Source: Paragordius varius (lineage: Eukaryota > Animalia > Nematomorpha). Taken from it: a stretch of DNA of 64,000 bases. Position numbers and translations under genes: made by a program. Below, in pieces: positions 38,301 through 53,699 of this stretch. The DNA lies in NCBI GenBank assembly GCA_964247055.1, contig OZ176056.1, positions 1 to 64,000 of the forward strand. Direction: 5' to 3'. The first letter of the stretch is position 1, and each line of letters starts with the position of its first letter. The notes beneath the pieces were generated by a model. That model was not told the DNA's origin, did not search any database, and was given only the letters and a program-made list of their open reading frames with translations.

Positions 38301-41300
38301 TAAATATTGAAAAAATTTATTTTATACGATTTTAAAAATAAAAATGGCTACCTAAAATCCAAATTTGATCAGGTGATGTCGCCATAATTTTTTTTGGGTA
38401 ACCCTATGGTAGTTCCATCATCACCCCAAATATTTTCGAGATCGGAGTATGAATGTAATTTTTATGAATTTTTTAAAATATTTAAAAAATTTATTTTATA
38501 CGATTTTAAAATTAAAAATGGCTACCTAAAATCCAAATTTGATCAGGTGATGTCACCATAATTTTTTTTGGGTAGCCCTATGGTAGTTCTATTATCACCC
38601 CAAATATTTTCGAGATCGGAGTATAAATGTAATTTTTATGAATTTTTTAAATATTTAAAAAATTTATTTTATACGATTTTAAAAATAAAAATGGCTACCT
38701 AAAATCCAAATTTGATCAGGTGATGTCGCCATAATTTCTTTTGGGTAGCCCTATGGTAGTTCCATCATCACCCCAAATATTTTGGGGATCGGACTATAAA
38801 TGTAATTTTTATGAATTTTTTAAATATTTAAAAAATTTATTTTATACGATTTTAAAAATAAAAATGGCTACCTAAAATCCAAATTTGATCAGGTGATGTC
38901 ACCATAATTTTTTTTGGGTGGCCCTATGGTAGTTCCATCATCACCCCAAATATTTTCGAGATCGGAGTATAAATGTAATTTTTATGAATTTTTTAAATAT
39001 TTAAAAAATTTATTTTATACGATTTTAAATATAAAAATGGCTACCTAAAATCCAAATTTGATCAGGTGATGTCACCATAATTTTTTTTGGGTAGCCCTAT
39101 GGTAGTTCCATCATCACCCCAAATATTTTCGAGATCGGAGTATAAATGTAATTTTTATGAATTTTTTAAATATTGAAAAAATTTATTTTATACGATTTTA
39201 AAAATAAAAATGGCTACCTAAAATCCAAATTTGATCAGGTGATGTCACCATAATTTTTTTTGGGTAGCCCTATGGTAGTTACATCATCATCCCAAATATT
39301 TTCGAGATCGGAGTATAAATGTAATTTTTATGAATTTTTTAAATATTTAAAAAATTTATTTTATACGATTTTAAAAATAAAAATGGCTACCTAAAATCCA
39401 AATTTGATCAGGTGATGTCACTATAATTTTTTTTGGGTAGCCCTATGGTAGTTCCATCATCACCCCAAATATTTTGGGGATCAGACTATAAATGTAATTT
39501 TTATGAATTTTTTAAATATTTAAAAAATTTATTTTATACGATTTTAAAAATAAAAATGGCTACCTAAAATCCAAATTTGATCAGGTGATGTCACCATAAT
39601 TTTTTTGGGTAGCCCTATGGTAGTTCCATCATCACCCCAAATATTGTCGAGATCGGAGTATAAATGTAATTTTTTTGAATTTTTTAAATATTTAAAAAAT
39701 TTATTTAATACGATTTTAAAAATAAAAATGGCTACCTAAAATCCAAATTTGATCAGGTGATGTCGCCATAATTTTTTTTGCGTAGCCCTATGGTAGTTCT
39801 ATCATCACCCCAAATATTTTAAGGATCGGACTATAAATGTAATTTTTATGATTTTTTTAAATATTTAAAAAATTTATTTTATACGATTTTAAAAATAAAA
39901 ATGGCTACCTAAAATCCAAATTTGATCAGGTGATGTCACCATAATTTTTTTTGGGTAGCCCTATGGTAGTTCCATCATCACCCCAAATATTTTCGAGATC
40001 GGAGTATAAATGTAATTTTTATGAATTTTTTAAATATTGAAAAAATTTATTTTATACGATTTTAAAAATAAATATGGCTACCTAAAATCCAAATTTGATC
40101 AGGTGATGTCGCCATAATTTTTTTTGGGTAACCCTATGGTAGTTCCATCATCACCCCAAATATTTTCGAGATCGGAGTATGAATGTAATTTTTATGAATT
40201 TTTTAAATATTTAAAAAATTTATTTTATACGATTTTAAAATTAAAAATGGCTACCTAAAATCCAAATTTGATCAGGTGATGTCACCATAATTTTTTTTGG
40301 GTAGCCCTATGGTAGTTCTATTATCACCCCAAATATTTTCGAGATCGGAGTATAAATGTAATTTTTATGAATTTTTTAAATATTTAAAAAATTTATTTTA
40401 TACGATTTTAAAAATAAAAATGGCTACCTAAAATCCAAATTTGATCAGGTGATGTCGCCATAATTTTTTTTGGGTAGCCCTATGGTAGTTCCATCATCAC
40501 CCCAAATATTTTGGGGATCGGACTATAAATGTAATTTTTATGAATTTTTTAAATATTTAAAAAATTTATTTTATACGATTTTAAAAATAAAAATGGCTAC
40601 CTAAAATCCAAATTTGATCAGGTGATGTCACCATAATTTTTTTTGGGTGGCCCTATGGTAGTTCCATCATCACCCCAAATATTTTCGAGATCGGAGTATA
40701 AATGTAATTTTTATGAATTTTTTAAATATTTAAAAAATTTATTTTATACGATTTTAAATATAAAAATGGCTACCTAAAATCCAAATTTGATCAGGCGATG
40801 TCACCATAATTTTTTTTGGGTAGCCCTATGGTAGTTCCATCATCACCCCAAATATTTTGGAGATCGGAGTATAAATGTAATTTTATTAAATTTTTAAATA
40901 TTTAAAAAATTTATTTTATACGATTTTAAAAATAAAAATGGCTACCTAAAATCCAAATTTGATCAGGTGATGTCACTATAATTTTTTTTGGGTAGCCCTA
41001 TGGATGTTCCATCATCATCCCAAATATTTTGGGGATCGGACTATAAATGTAATTTTTATGAATTTTTTAAATATTTAAAAAATTTATTTTATACGATTTT
41101 AAAAATAAAAATGGCTACCTAAAATCCAAATTTGATCAGGTGATGTCACCATAATTTTTTTTGGGTAGCCCTATGGTAGTTCCATCATCATCCCAAATAT
41201 TTTCGAGATCGGAGTATAAATGTAATTTTTATGAATTTTTTAAATATTTAAAAAATTTATTTAATACGATTTTAAAAATAAAAATGGCTACCTAAAATCC

Positions 41301-44300
41301 AAATTTGATCAGGTGATGTCGCCATAATTTTTTTTGCGTAGCCCTATGGTAGTTCTATCATCACCCCAAATATTTTAAGGATCGGACTATAAATGTAATT
41401 TTTATGATTTTTTTAAATATTTAAAAAATTTATTTTATACGATTTTAAAAATAAAAATGGCTACCTAAAATCCAAATTTGATCAGGTGATGTCACCATAA
41501 TTTTTTTTGGGTAGCCCTATGGTAGTTCCATCATCACCCCAAATATTTTCGAGATCGGAGTATAAATGTAATTTTTATGAATTTTTTAAATATTGAAAAA
41601 ATTTATTTTATACGATTTTAAAAATAAAAATGGCTACCTAAAATCCAAATTTGATCAGGTGATGTCACCATAATTTTTTTTGGGTAGCCCTATGGTAGTT
41701 ACATCATCATCCCAAATATTTTCGAGATCGGAGTATAAATGTAATTTTTATGAATTTTTTAAATATTTAAAAAATTTATTTAATACGATTTTAAAAATAA
41801 AAATGGCTACCTAAAATCCAAATTTGATCAGGTGATGTCGCCATAATTTTTTTTGCGTAGCCCTATGGTAGTTCTATCATCACCCCAAATATTTTAAGGA
41901 TCGGACTATAAATGTAATTTTTATGATTTTTTTAAATATTTAAAAAATTTATTTTATACGATTTTAAAAATAAAAATGGCTACCTAAAATCCAAATTTGA
42001 TCAGGTGATGTCACCATAATTTTTTTTGGGTAGCCCTATGGTAGTTCCATCATCACCCCAAATATTTTCGAGATCGGAGTATAAATGTAATTTTTAAGAA
42101 TTTTTTAAATATTGAAAAAATTTATTTTATACGATTTTAAAAATAAAAATGGCTACCTAAAATCCAAATTTGATCAGGTGATGTCACCATAATTTTTTTT
42201 GGGTAGCCCTATGGTAGTTCCATCATCATCCCAAATATTTTCGAGATCGGAGTATAAATGTAATTTTTATGAATTTTTTAAATATTTAAAAAATTTATTT
42301 TATACGATTTTAAAAATAAAAATGGCTACCTAAAATCCAAATTTGATCAGGTGATGTCACTATAACTTTTTTTGGGTAGCCCTATGGTAGTTCCATCATC
42401 ACCCCAAATATTTTGGGGATCGGACTATAAATGTAATTTTTATGAATTTTTTAAATATTTAAAAAATTTGTTTTATACGATTTTAAAAATAAAAATGGCT
42501 ACCTAAAATCCAAATTTGATCAGGTGATGTCACCATAATTTTTTTTGGGTAGCCCTATGGTAGTTCCATTATCACCCCAAATATTTTCGAGATCGGAGTA
42601 TAAATGTAATTTTTATGAATTTTTTAAATATTTAAAAAATTTATTTTATACGATTTTAAAAATAAAAATGGCTACCTAAAATCCAAATTTGATCAGGTGA
42701 TGTCGCCATAATTTTTTTGGGTAGCCCTATGGTAGTTCCATAATCACCCCAAATATTTTGGGGATCGGACTATAAATGTAATTTTTATGAATTTTTTAAA
42801 TATTTAAAAAATTTATATACGATTTTAAAAATAAAAATGGCTACCTAAAATCCAAATTTGATCAGGTGATGTCGCCATAATTTTTTTTGGGTAGCCCTAT
42901 GGTAGTTCCATCATCACCCCAAATATTTTGGGGATCGGACTATAAATGTAATTTTTATGAATTTTTTAAATATTTAAAAAATTTATTTTATACGATTTTA
43001 AAAATAAAAATGGCTACCTAAAATCCAAATTTGATCAGGTGATGTCACCATAATTTTTTTTGGGTAGCCCTATGGTAGTTCCATCATCACCCCAAATATT
43101 TTCGAGATCGGAGTATAAATGTAATTTTTATGAATTTTTTAAATATTTAAAAAATTTATTTTATACGATTTTAAATATAAAAATGGCTACCTAAAATCCA
43201 AATTTGATCAGGCGATGTCACCATAATTTTTTTTGGGTAGCCCTATGGTAGTTCTATCATCACCCCAAATATTTTAAGGATCGGACTATAAATGTAATTT
43301 TTATGATTTTTTTAAATATTTAAAAAATTTATTTTATACGATTTTAAAAATAAAAATGGCTACCTAAAATCCAAATTTGATCAGGTGATGTCACCATAAT
43401 TTTTTTTGGGTAGCCCTATGGTAGTTCCATCATCACCCCAAATATTTTCGAGATCGGAGTATAAATGTAATTTTTAAGAATTTTTTAAATATTGAAAAAA
43501 TTTATTTTATACGATTTTAAAAATAAAAATGGCTACCTAAAATCCAAATTTGATCAGGTGATGTCACCATAATTTTTTTTGGGTAGCCCTATGGTAGTTC
43601 CATCATCATCCCAAATATTTTCGAGATCGGAGTATAAATGTAATTTTTATGAATTTTTTAAATATTTAAAAAATTTATTTTATACGATTTTAAAAATAAA
43701 AATGGCTACCTAAAATCCAAATTTGATCAGGTGATGTCACTATAACTTTTTTTGGGTAGCCCTATGGTAGTTCCATCATCACCCCAAATATTTTGGGGAT
43801 CGGACTATAAATGTAATTTTTATGAATTTTTTAAATATTTAAAAAATTTGTTTTATACGATTTTAAAAATAAAAATGGCTACCTAAAATCCAAATTTGAT
43901 CAGGTGATGTCACCATAATTTTTTTTGGGTAGCCCTATGGTAGTTCCATTATCACCCCAAATATTTTCGAGATCGGAGTATAAATGTAATTTTTATGAAT
44001 TTTTTAAATATTTAAAAAATTTATTTTATACGATTTTAAAAATAAAAATGGCTACCTAAAATCCAAATTTGATCAGGTGATGTCGCCATAATTTTTTTGG
44101 GTAGCCCTATGGTAGTTCCATAATCACCCCAAATATTTTGGGGATCGGACTATAAATGTAATTTTTATGAATTTTTTAAATATTTAAAAAATTTATTTTA
44201 TACGATTTTAAAAATAAAAATGGCTACCTAAAATCCAAATTTGATCAGGTGATGTCGCCATAATTTTTTTTGGGTAGCCCTATGGTAGTTCCATCATCAC

Positions 44301-47300
44301 CCCAAATATTTTGGGGATCGGACTATAAATGTAATTTTTATGAATTTTTTAAATATTTAAAAAATTTATTTTATACGATTTTAAAAATAAAAATGGCTAC
44401 CTAAAATCCAAATTTGATCAGGTGATGTCACCATAATTTTTTTTGGGTAGCCCTATGGTAGTTCCATCATCACCCCAAATATTTTCGAGATCGGAGTATA
44501 AATGTAATTTTTATGAATTTTTTAAATATTTAAAAAATTTATTTTATACGATTTTAAATATAAAAATGGCTACCTAAAATCCAAATTTGATCAGGCGATG
44601 TCACCATAATTTTTTTTGGGTAGCCCTATGGTAGTTCCATCATCACCCCAAATATTTTCGAGATCGGAGTATAAATGTAATTTTTATGAATTTTTTAAAT
44701 ATTTAAAAAATTTATTTTATACGATTTTAAAAATAAAAATGGCTACCTAAAATCCAAATTTGATCAGGTGATGTCGCCATAATTTTTTTGGGTAGCCCTA
44801 TGGTAGTTCCATCATCACCCCAAATATTTTGGGGATCGGACTATAAATGTAATTTTTATGAATTTTTTAAATATTTAAAAAATTTATTTTATACGATTTT
44901 AAAAATAAAAATGGCTACCTAAAATCCAAATTTAATCAGGTGATGTCGCCATAATTTTTTTTGGGTAGCCCTATGGTAGTTCCATCATCACCCCAAATAT
45001 TTTGGGGATCGGACTATAAATGTAATTTTTATGAATTTTTTAAATATTTAAAAAATTTATTTTATACGATTTTAAAAATAAAAATGGCTACCTAAAATCC
45101 AAATTTGATCAGGTGATGTCACCATAATTTTTTTTGGGTAGCCCTATGGTAGTTCCATAATCACCCCAAATATTTTGGGGATCGGAGTATAAATGTAATT
45201 TTTATGAATTTTTTAAATATTTAAAAAATTTATTTAATACGATTTTAAAAATAAAAATGGCTACCTAAAATCCAAATTTGATCAGGTGATGTCGCCATAA
45301 TTTTTTTTGCGTAGCCCTATGGTAGTTCTATCATCACCCCAAATATTTTAAGGATCGGACTATAAATGTAATTTTTATGATTTTTTTAAATATTTAAAAA
45401 ATTTATTTTATACGATTTTAAAAATAAAAATGGCTACCTAAAATCCAAATTTGATCAGGTGATGTCACCATAATTTTTTTTGGGTAGCCCTATGGTAGTT
45501 CCATCATCACCCCAAATATTTTCGAGATCGGAGTATAAATGTAATTTTTAAGAATTTTTTAAATATTGAAAAAATTTATTTTATACGATTTTAAAAATAA
45601 AAATGGCTACCTAAAATCCAAATTTGATCAGGTGATGTCACCATAATTTTTTTTGGGTAGCCCTATGGTAGTTCCATCATCATCCCAAATATTTTCGAGA
45701 TCGGAGTATAAATGTAATTTTTATGAATTTTTTAAATATTTAAAAAATTTATTTTATACGATTTTAAAAATAAAAATGGCTACCTAAAATCCAAATTTGA
45801 TCAGGTGATGTCACTATAACTTTTTTTGGGTAGCCCTATGGTAGTTCCATCATCACCCCAAATATTTTCGAGATCGGACTATAAATGTAATTTTTATGAA
45901 TTTTTTAAATATTTAAAAAATTTGTTTTATACGATTTTAAAAATAAAAATGGCTACCTAAAATCCAAATTTGATCAGGTGATGTTACCATAATTTTTTTT
46001 GGGTAGCCCTATGGTAGTTCCATTATCACCCCAAATATTTTCGAGATCGGAGTATAAATGTAATTTTTATGAATTTTTTAAATATTTAAAAAATTTATTT
46101 TATACGATTTTAAAAATAAAAATGGCTACCTAAAATCCAAATTTGATCAGGTGATGTCGCCATAATTTTTTTGGGTAGCCCTATGGTAGTTCCATAATCA
46201 CCCCAAATATTTTGGGGATCGGACTATAAATGTAATTTTTATGAATTTTTTAAATATTTAAAAAATTTATTTTATACGATTTTAAAAATAAAAATGGCTA
46301 CCTAAAATCCAAATTTGATCAGGTGATGTCGCCATAATTTTTTTTGGGTAGCCCTATGGTAGTTCCATCATCACCCCAAATATTTTGGGGATCGGACTAT
46401 AAATGTAATTTTTATGAATTTTTTAAATATTTAAAAAATTTATTTTATACGATTTTAAAAATAAAAATGGCTACCTAAAATCCAAATTTGATCAGGTGAT
46501 GTCACCATAATTTTTTTTGGGTAGCCCTATGGTAGTTCCATCATCACCCCAAATATTTTCGAGATCGGAGTATAAATGTAATTTTTATGAATTTTTTAAA
46601 TATTTAAAAAATTTATTTTATACGATTTTAAATATAAAAATGGCTACCTAAAATCCAAATTTGATCAGGCGATGTCACCATAATTTTTTTTGGGTAGCCC
46701 TATGGTAGTTCCATCATCACCCCAAATATTTTCGAGATCGGAGTATAAATGTAATTTTTATGAAATTTTTAAATATTTAAAAAATTTATTTTATACGATT
46801 TTAAAAATAAAAATGGCTACCTAAAATCCAAATTTGATCAGGTGATGTCGCCATAATTTTTTTGGGTAGCCCTATGGTAGTTCCATCATCACCCCAAATA
46901 TTTTGGGGATCGGACTATAAATGTAATTTTTATGAATTTTTTAAATATTTAAAAAATTTATTTTATACGATTTTAAAAATAAAAATGGCTACCTAAAATC
47001 CAAATTTAATCAGGTGATGTCGCCATAATTTTTTTTGGGTAGCCCTATGGTAGTTCCATCATCACCCCAAATATTTTGGGGATCGGACTATAAATGTAAT
47101 TTTTATGATTTTTTTAAATATTTAAAAAATTTATTTTATACGATTTTAAAAATAAAAATGGCTACCTAAAATCCAAATTTGATCAGGTGATGTCACCATA
47201 ATTTTTTTTGGGTAGCCCTATGGTAGTTCCATAATCACCCCAAATATTTTGGGGATCGGAGTATAAATGTAATTTTTATGAATTTTTTAAATATTTAAAA

Positions 47301-47899
47301 AATTTATTTTATACGATTTTAAATATAAAAATGGCTACCTAAAATCCAAATTTGATCAGGCGATGTCACCATAATTTTTTTTGGGTAGCCCTATGGTAGT
47401 TCCATCATCACCCCAAATATTTTCGAGATCGGAGTATAAATGTAATTTTTATGAATTTTTTAAATATTTAAAAAATTTATTTTATACGATTTTAAAAATA
47501 AAAATGGCTACCTAAAATCCAAATTTGATCAGGCGATGTCACTATAATTTTTTTTGGGTAGCCCTATGGATGTTCCATCATCATCCCAAATATTTTGGGG
47601 ATCGGACTATAAATGTAATTTTTATGAATTTTTTAAATATTTAAAAAATTTATTTTATACGATTTTAAATATAAAAATGGCTACCTAAAATCCAAATTTG
47701 ATCAGGCGATGTCACCATAATTTTTTCTGGGTAGCCCTATGGTAGTTCCATCATCATCCCAAATATTTTCGAGATCGGAGTATAAATGTAATTTTTATGA
47801 ATTTTTTAAATATTTAAAAAATTTATTTAATACGATTTTAAAAATAAAAATGGCTACCTAAAATCCAAATTTGATCAGGTGATGTCGCCATAATTTTTT

Positions 47900-50800
47900 T
47901 TGCGCAGCCCTATGGTAGTTCTATCATCACCCCAAATATTTTAAGGATCGGACTATAAATGTAATTTTTATGATTTTTTTAAATATTTAAAAAATTTATT
48001 TTATACGATTTTAAAAATAAAAATGGCTACCTAAAATCCAAATTTAATCAGGTGATGTCGCCATAATTTTTTTTGGGTAGCCCTATGGTAGTTCCATCAT
48101 CACCCCAAATATTTTCGAGATCGGAGTATAAATGTAATTTTTATGAATTTTTTAAATATTGAAAAAATTTATTTTATACGATTTTAAAAATAAAAATGGC
48201 TACCTAAAATCCAAATTTGATCAGGTGATGTCACCATAATTTTTTTTGGGTAGCCCTATGGTAGTTCCATCATCACCCCAAATATTTTCGAGATCGGAGT
48301 ATAAATGTAATTTTTATGAATTTTTTAAATATTTAAAAAATTTATTTTATACGATTTTAAATATAAAAATGGCTACCTAAAATCCAAATTTGATCAGGTG
48401 ATGTCACTATAATTTTTTTTGGGTAGCCCTATGGTAGTTCCATCATCACCCCAAATATTTTGGGGATCGGACTATAAATGTAATTTTTATGAATTTTTTA
48501 AATATTTAAAAAATTTATTTTATACGATTTTAAAAATAAAAATGGCTACCTAAAATCCAAATTTGATCAGGTGATGTCGCCATAATTTTTTTTGGGTAAC
48601 CCTATGGTAGTTCCATCATCACCCCAAATATTTTCGAGATCGGAGTATGAATGTAATTTTTATGAATTTTTTAAATATTTAAAAAATTTATTTTATACGA
48701 TTTTAAAAATAAAAATGGCTACCTAAAATCCAAATTTGATCAGGTGATGTCACCATAATTTTTTTTGGGTAGCCCTATGGTAGTTCCATCATCATCCCAA
48801 ATATTTTCGAGATCGGAGTATAAATGTAATTTTTATGAATTTTTTAAATATTTAAAAAATTTATTTAATACGATTTTAAAAATAAAAATGGCTACCTAAA
48901 ATCCCAATTTGATCAGGTGATGTCGCCATAATTTTTTTTGCGTAGCCCTATGGTAGTTCTATCATCACCCCAAATATTTTAAGGATCGGACTATAAATGT
49001 AATTTTTATGATTTTTTTAAATATTTAAAAAATTTATTTTATACGATTTTAAAAATAAAAATGGCTACCTAAAATCCAAATTTGATCAGGTGATGTCACC
49101 ATAATTTTTTTTGGGTAGCCCTATGGTAGTTCCATCATCACCCCAAATATTTTCGAGATCGGAGTATAAATGTAATTTTTATGAATTTTTTAAATATTGA
49201 AAAAATTTATTTTATACGATTTTAAAAATAAAAATGGCTACCTAAAATCCAAATTTGATCAGGTGATGTCACCATAATTTTTTTTGGGTAGCCCTATGGT
49301 AGTTCCATCATCATCCCAAATATTTTCGAGATCGGAGTATAAATGTAATTTTTATGAATTTTTTAAATATTTAAAAAATTTATTTTATACGATTTTAAAT
49401 ATAAAAATGGCTACCTAAAATCCAAATTTGATCAGGTGATGTCACTATAATTTTTTTTGGGTAGCCCTATGGTAGTTCCATCATCACCCCAAATATTTTG
49501 GGGATCGGACTATAAATGTAATTTTTATGAATTTTTTAAATATTTAAAAAATTTATTTTATACGATTTTAAAAATAAAAATGGCTACCTAAAATCCAAAT
49601 TTGATCAGGTGATGTCGCCATAATTTTTTTTGGGTAACCCTATGGTAGTTCCATCATCACCCCAAATATTTTCGAGATCGGAGTATGAATGTAATTTTTA
49701 TGAATTTTTTAAATATTTAAAAAATTTATTTTATACGATTTTAAAAATAAAAATGGCTACCTAAAATCCAAATTTGATCAGGTGATGTCACCATAATTTT
49801 TTTTGGGTAGCCCTATGGTAGTTCCATCATCATCCCAAATATTTTCGAGATCGGAGTATAAATGTAATTTTTATGAATTTTTTAAATATTTAAAAAATTT
49901 ATTTAATACGATTTTAAAAATAAAAATGGCTACCTAAAATCCCAATTTGATCAGGTGATGTCGCCATAATTTTTTTTGCGTAGCCCTATGGTAGTTCTAT
50001 CATCACCCCAAATATTTTAAGGATCGGACTATAAATGTAATTTTTATGATTTTTTTAAATATTTAAAAAATTTATTTTATACGATTTTAAAAATAAAAAT
50101 GGCTACCTAAAATCCAAATTTGATCAGGTGATGTCACCATAATTTTTTTTGGGTAGCCCTATGGTAGTTCCATCATCACCCCAAATATTTTCGAGATCGG
50201 AGTATAAATGTAATTTTTATGAATTTTTTAAATATTGAAAAAATTTATTTTATACGATTTTAAAAATAAAAATGGCTACCTAAAATCCAAATTTGATCAG
50301 GTGATGTCACCATAATTTTTTTTGGGTAGCCCTATGGTAGTTCCATCATCATCCCAAATATTTTCGAGATCGGAGTATAAATGTAATTTTTATGAATTTT
50401 TTAAATATTTAAAAAATTTATTTTATACGATTTTAAATATAAAAATGGCTACCTAAAATCCAAATTTGATCAGGTGATGTCACTATAATTTTTTTTGGGT
50501 AGCCCTATGGTAGTTCCATCATCACCCCAAATATTTTGGGGATCGGACTATAAATGTAATTTTTATGAATTTTTTAAATATTTAAAAAATTTATTTTATA
50601 CGATTTTAAAAATAAAAATGGCTACCTAAAATCCAAATTTGATCAGGTGATGTCGCCATAATTTTTTTTGGGTAACCCTATGGTAGTTCCATCATCACCC
50701 CAAATATTTTCGAGATCGGAGTATGAATGTAATTTTTATGAATTTTTTAAATATTTAAAAAATTTATTTTATACGATTTTAAAAATAAAAATGGCTACCT

Positions 50801-51500
50801 AAAATCCAAATTTGATCAGGTGATGTCACCATAATTTTTTTTGGGTAGCCCTATGGTAGTTCCATCATCATCCCAAATATTTTCGAGATCGGAGTATAAA
50901 TGTAATTTTTATGAATTTTTTAAATATTTAAAAAATTTATTTAATACGATTTTAAAAATAAAAATGGCTACCTAAAATCCCAATTTGATCAGGTGATGTC
51001 GCCATAATTTTTTTTGCGTAGCCCTATGGTAGTTCTATCATCACCCCAAATATTTTAAGGATCGGACTATAAATGTAATTTTTATGATTTTTTTAAATAT
51101 TTAAAAAATTTATTTTATACGATTTTAAAAATAAAAATGGCTACCTAAAATCCAAATTTGATCAGGTGATGTCACCATAATTTTTTTTGGGTAGCCCTAT
51201 GGTAGTTCCATCATCACCCCAAATATTTTCGAGATCGGAGTATAAATGTAATTTTTATGAATTTTTTAAATATTGAAAAAATTTATTTTATACGATTTTA
51301 AAAATAAAAATGGCTACCTAAAATCCAAATTTGATCAGGTGATGTCACCATAATTTTTTTTGGGTAGCCCTATGGTAGTTCCATCATCATCCCAAATATT
51401 TTCGAGATCGGAGTATAAATGTAATTTTTATGAATTTTTTAAATATTTAAAAAATTTATTTTATACGATTTTAAAAATAAAAATGGCTACCTAAAATCCA
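47900..51500. repeat. Satellite HOR domain, 6-mer (1038 bp) x about 3.5
   Basis: B monomers at 47902, 48940, 49979 and 51016. The markers GGTAACCC and ATCCCAATTT each recur three times at 1038-bp spacing. Confidence 0.88.
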
Positions 51501-53699
51501 AATTTGATCAGGTGATGTCACCATAATTTTTTTTGGGTAGCCCTATGGTAGTTCTATTATCACCCCAAATATTTTCGAGATCGGAGTATGAATGTAATTT
51601 TTATGAATTTTTTAAATATTTAAAAAATTTATTTTATACGATTTTAAAAATAAAAATGGCTACCTAAAATCCAAATTTGATCAGGTGATGTCGCCATAAT
51701 TTTTTTTGGGTAGCCCTATGGTAGTTCCATCATCACCCCAAATATTTTGGGGATCGGACTATAAATGTAATTTTTATGAATTTTTTAAATATTTAAAAAA
51801 TTTATTTTATACGATTTTAAAAATAAAAATGGCTACCTAAAATCCAAATTTGATCAGGTGATGTCACCATAATTTTTTTTGGGTGGCCCTATGGTAGTTC
51901 CATCATCACCCCAAATATTTTCGAGATCGGAGTATAAATGTAATTTTTATGAATTTTTTAAATATTTAAAAAATTTATTTTATACGATTTTAAATATAAA
52001 AATGGCTACCTAAAATCCAAATTTGATCAGGCGATGTCACCATAATTTTTTTTGGGTAGCCCTATGGTAGTTCCATCATCAACCCAAATATTTTCGAGAT
52101 CGGAGTATAAATGTAATTTTATTGAATTTTTAAATATTTAAAAAATTTATTTTATACGATTTTAAAAATAAAAATGGCTACCTAAAATCCAAATTTGATC
52201 AGGTGATGTCACTATAATTTTTTTTGGGTAGCCCTATGGATGTTCCATCATCATCCCAAATATTTTGGGGATCGGACTATAAATGTAATTTTTATGAATT
52301 TTTTAAATATTTAAAAAATTTATTTTATACGATTTTAAAAATAAAAATGGCTACCTAAAATCCAAATTTGATCAGGTGATGTCACCATAATTTTTTTTGG
52401 GTAGCCCTATGGTAGTTCCATCATCATCCCAAATATTTTCGAGATCGGAGTATAAATGTAATTTTTATGAATTTTTTAAATATTTAAAAAATTTATTTAA
52501 TACGATTTTAAAAATAAAAATGGCTACCTAAAATCCAAATTTGATCAGGTGATGTCGCAACATTTTTTTTGCGTAGCCCTATGGTAGTTCTATCATCACC
52601 CCAAATATTTTAAGGATCGGACTATAAATGTAATTTTTATGATTTTTTTAAATATTTAAAAAATTTATTTTATACGATTTTAAAAATAAAAATGGCTACC
52701 TAAAATCCAAATTTGATCAGGTGATGTCACCATAATTTTTTTTGGGTAGCCCTATGGTAGTTCCATCATCACCCCAAATATTTTCGAGATCGGAGTATAA
52801 ATGTAATTTTTATGAATTTTTTAAATATTGTAAAAATTTATTTTATACGATTTTAAAAATAAAAATGGCTACCTAAAATCCAAATTTGATCAGGTGATGT
52901 CACCATAATTTTTTTTGGGTAGCCCTATGGTAGTTCCATCATCATCCCAAATATTTTCGAGATCGGAGTATAAATGTAATTTTTATGAATTTTTTAAATA
53001 TTTAAAAAATTTATTTAATACGATTTTAAAAATAAAAATGGCTACCTAAAATCCAAATTTGATCAGGTGATGTCGCCATAATTTTTTTTGCGTAGCCCTA
53101 TGGTAGTTCTATCATCACCCCAAATATTTTAAGGATCGGACTATAAATGTAATTTTTATGATTTTTTTAAATATTTAAAAAATTTATTTTATACGATTTT
53201 AAAAATAAAAATGGCTACCTAAAATCCAAATTTGATCAGGTGATGTAACCATAATTTTTTTTGGGTAGCCCTATGGTAGTTCCATCATCACCCCAAATAT
53301 TTTCGAGATCGGAGTATAAATGTAATTTTTATGAATTTTTTAAATATTGAAAAAATTTATTTTATACGATTTTAAAAATAAAAATGGCTACCTAAAATCC
53401 AAATTTGATCAGGTGATGTCACCATAATTTTTTTTGGGTAGCCCTATGGTAGTTCCATCATCATCCCAAATATTTTCGAGATCGGAGTATAAATGTAATT
53501 TTTATGAATTTTTTAAATATTTAAAAAATTTATTTTATACGATTTTAAAAATAAAAATGGCTACCTAAAATCCAAATTTGATCAGGTGATGTCAGTATAA
53601 TTTTTTTTGGGTAGCCCTATGGTAGTTCCATCATCACCCCAAATATTTTGGGGATCGGACTATAAATGTAATTTTTATGAATTTTTTAAATATTTAAAA

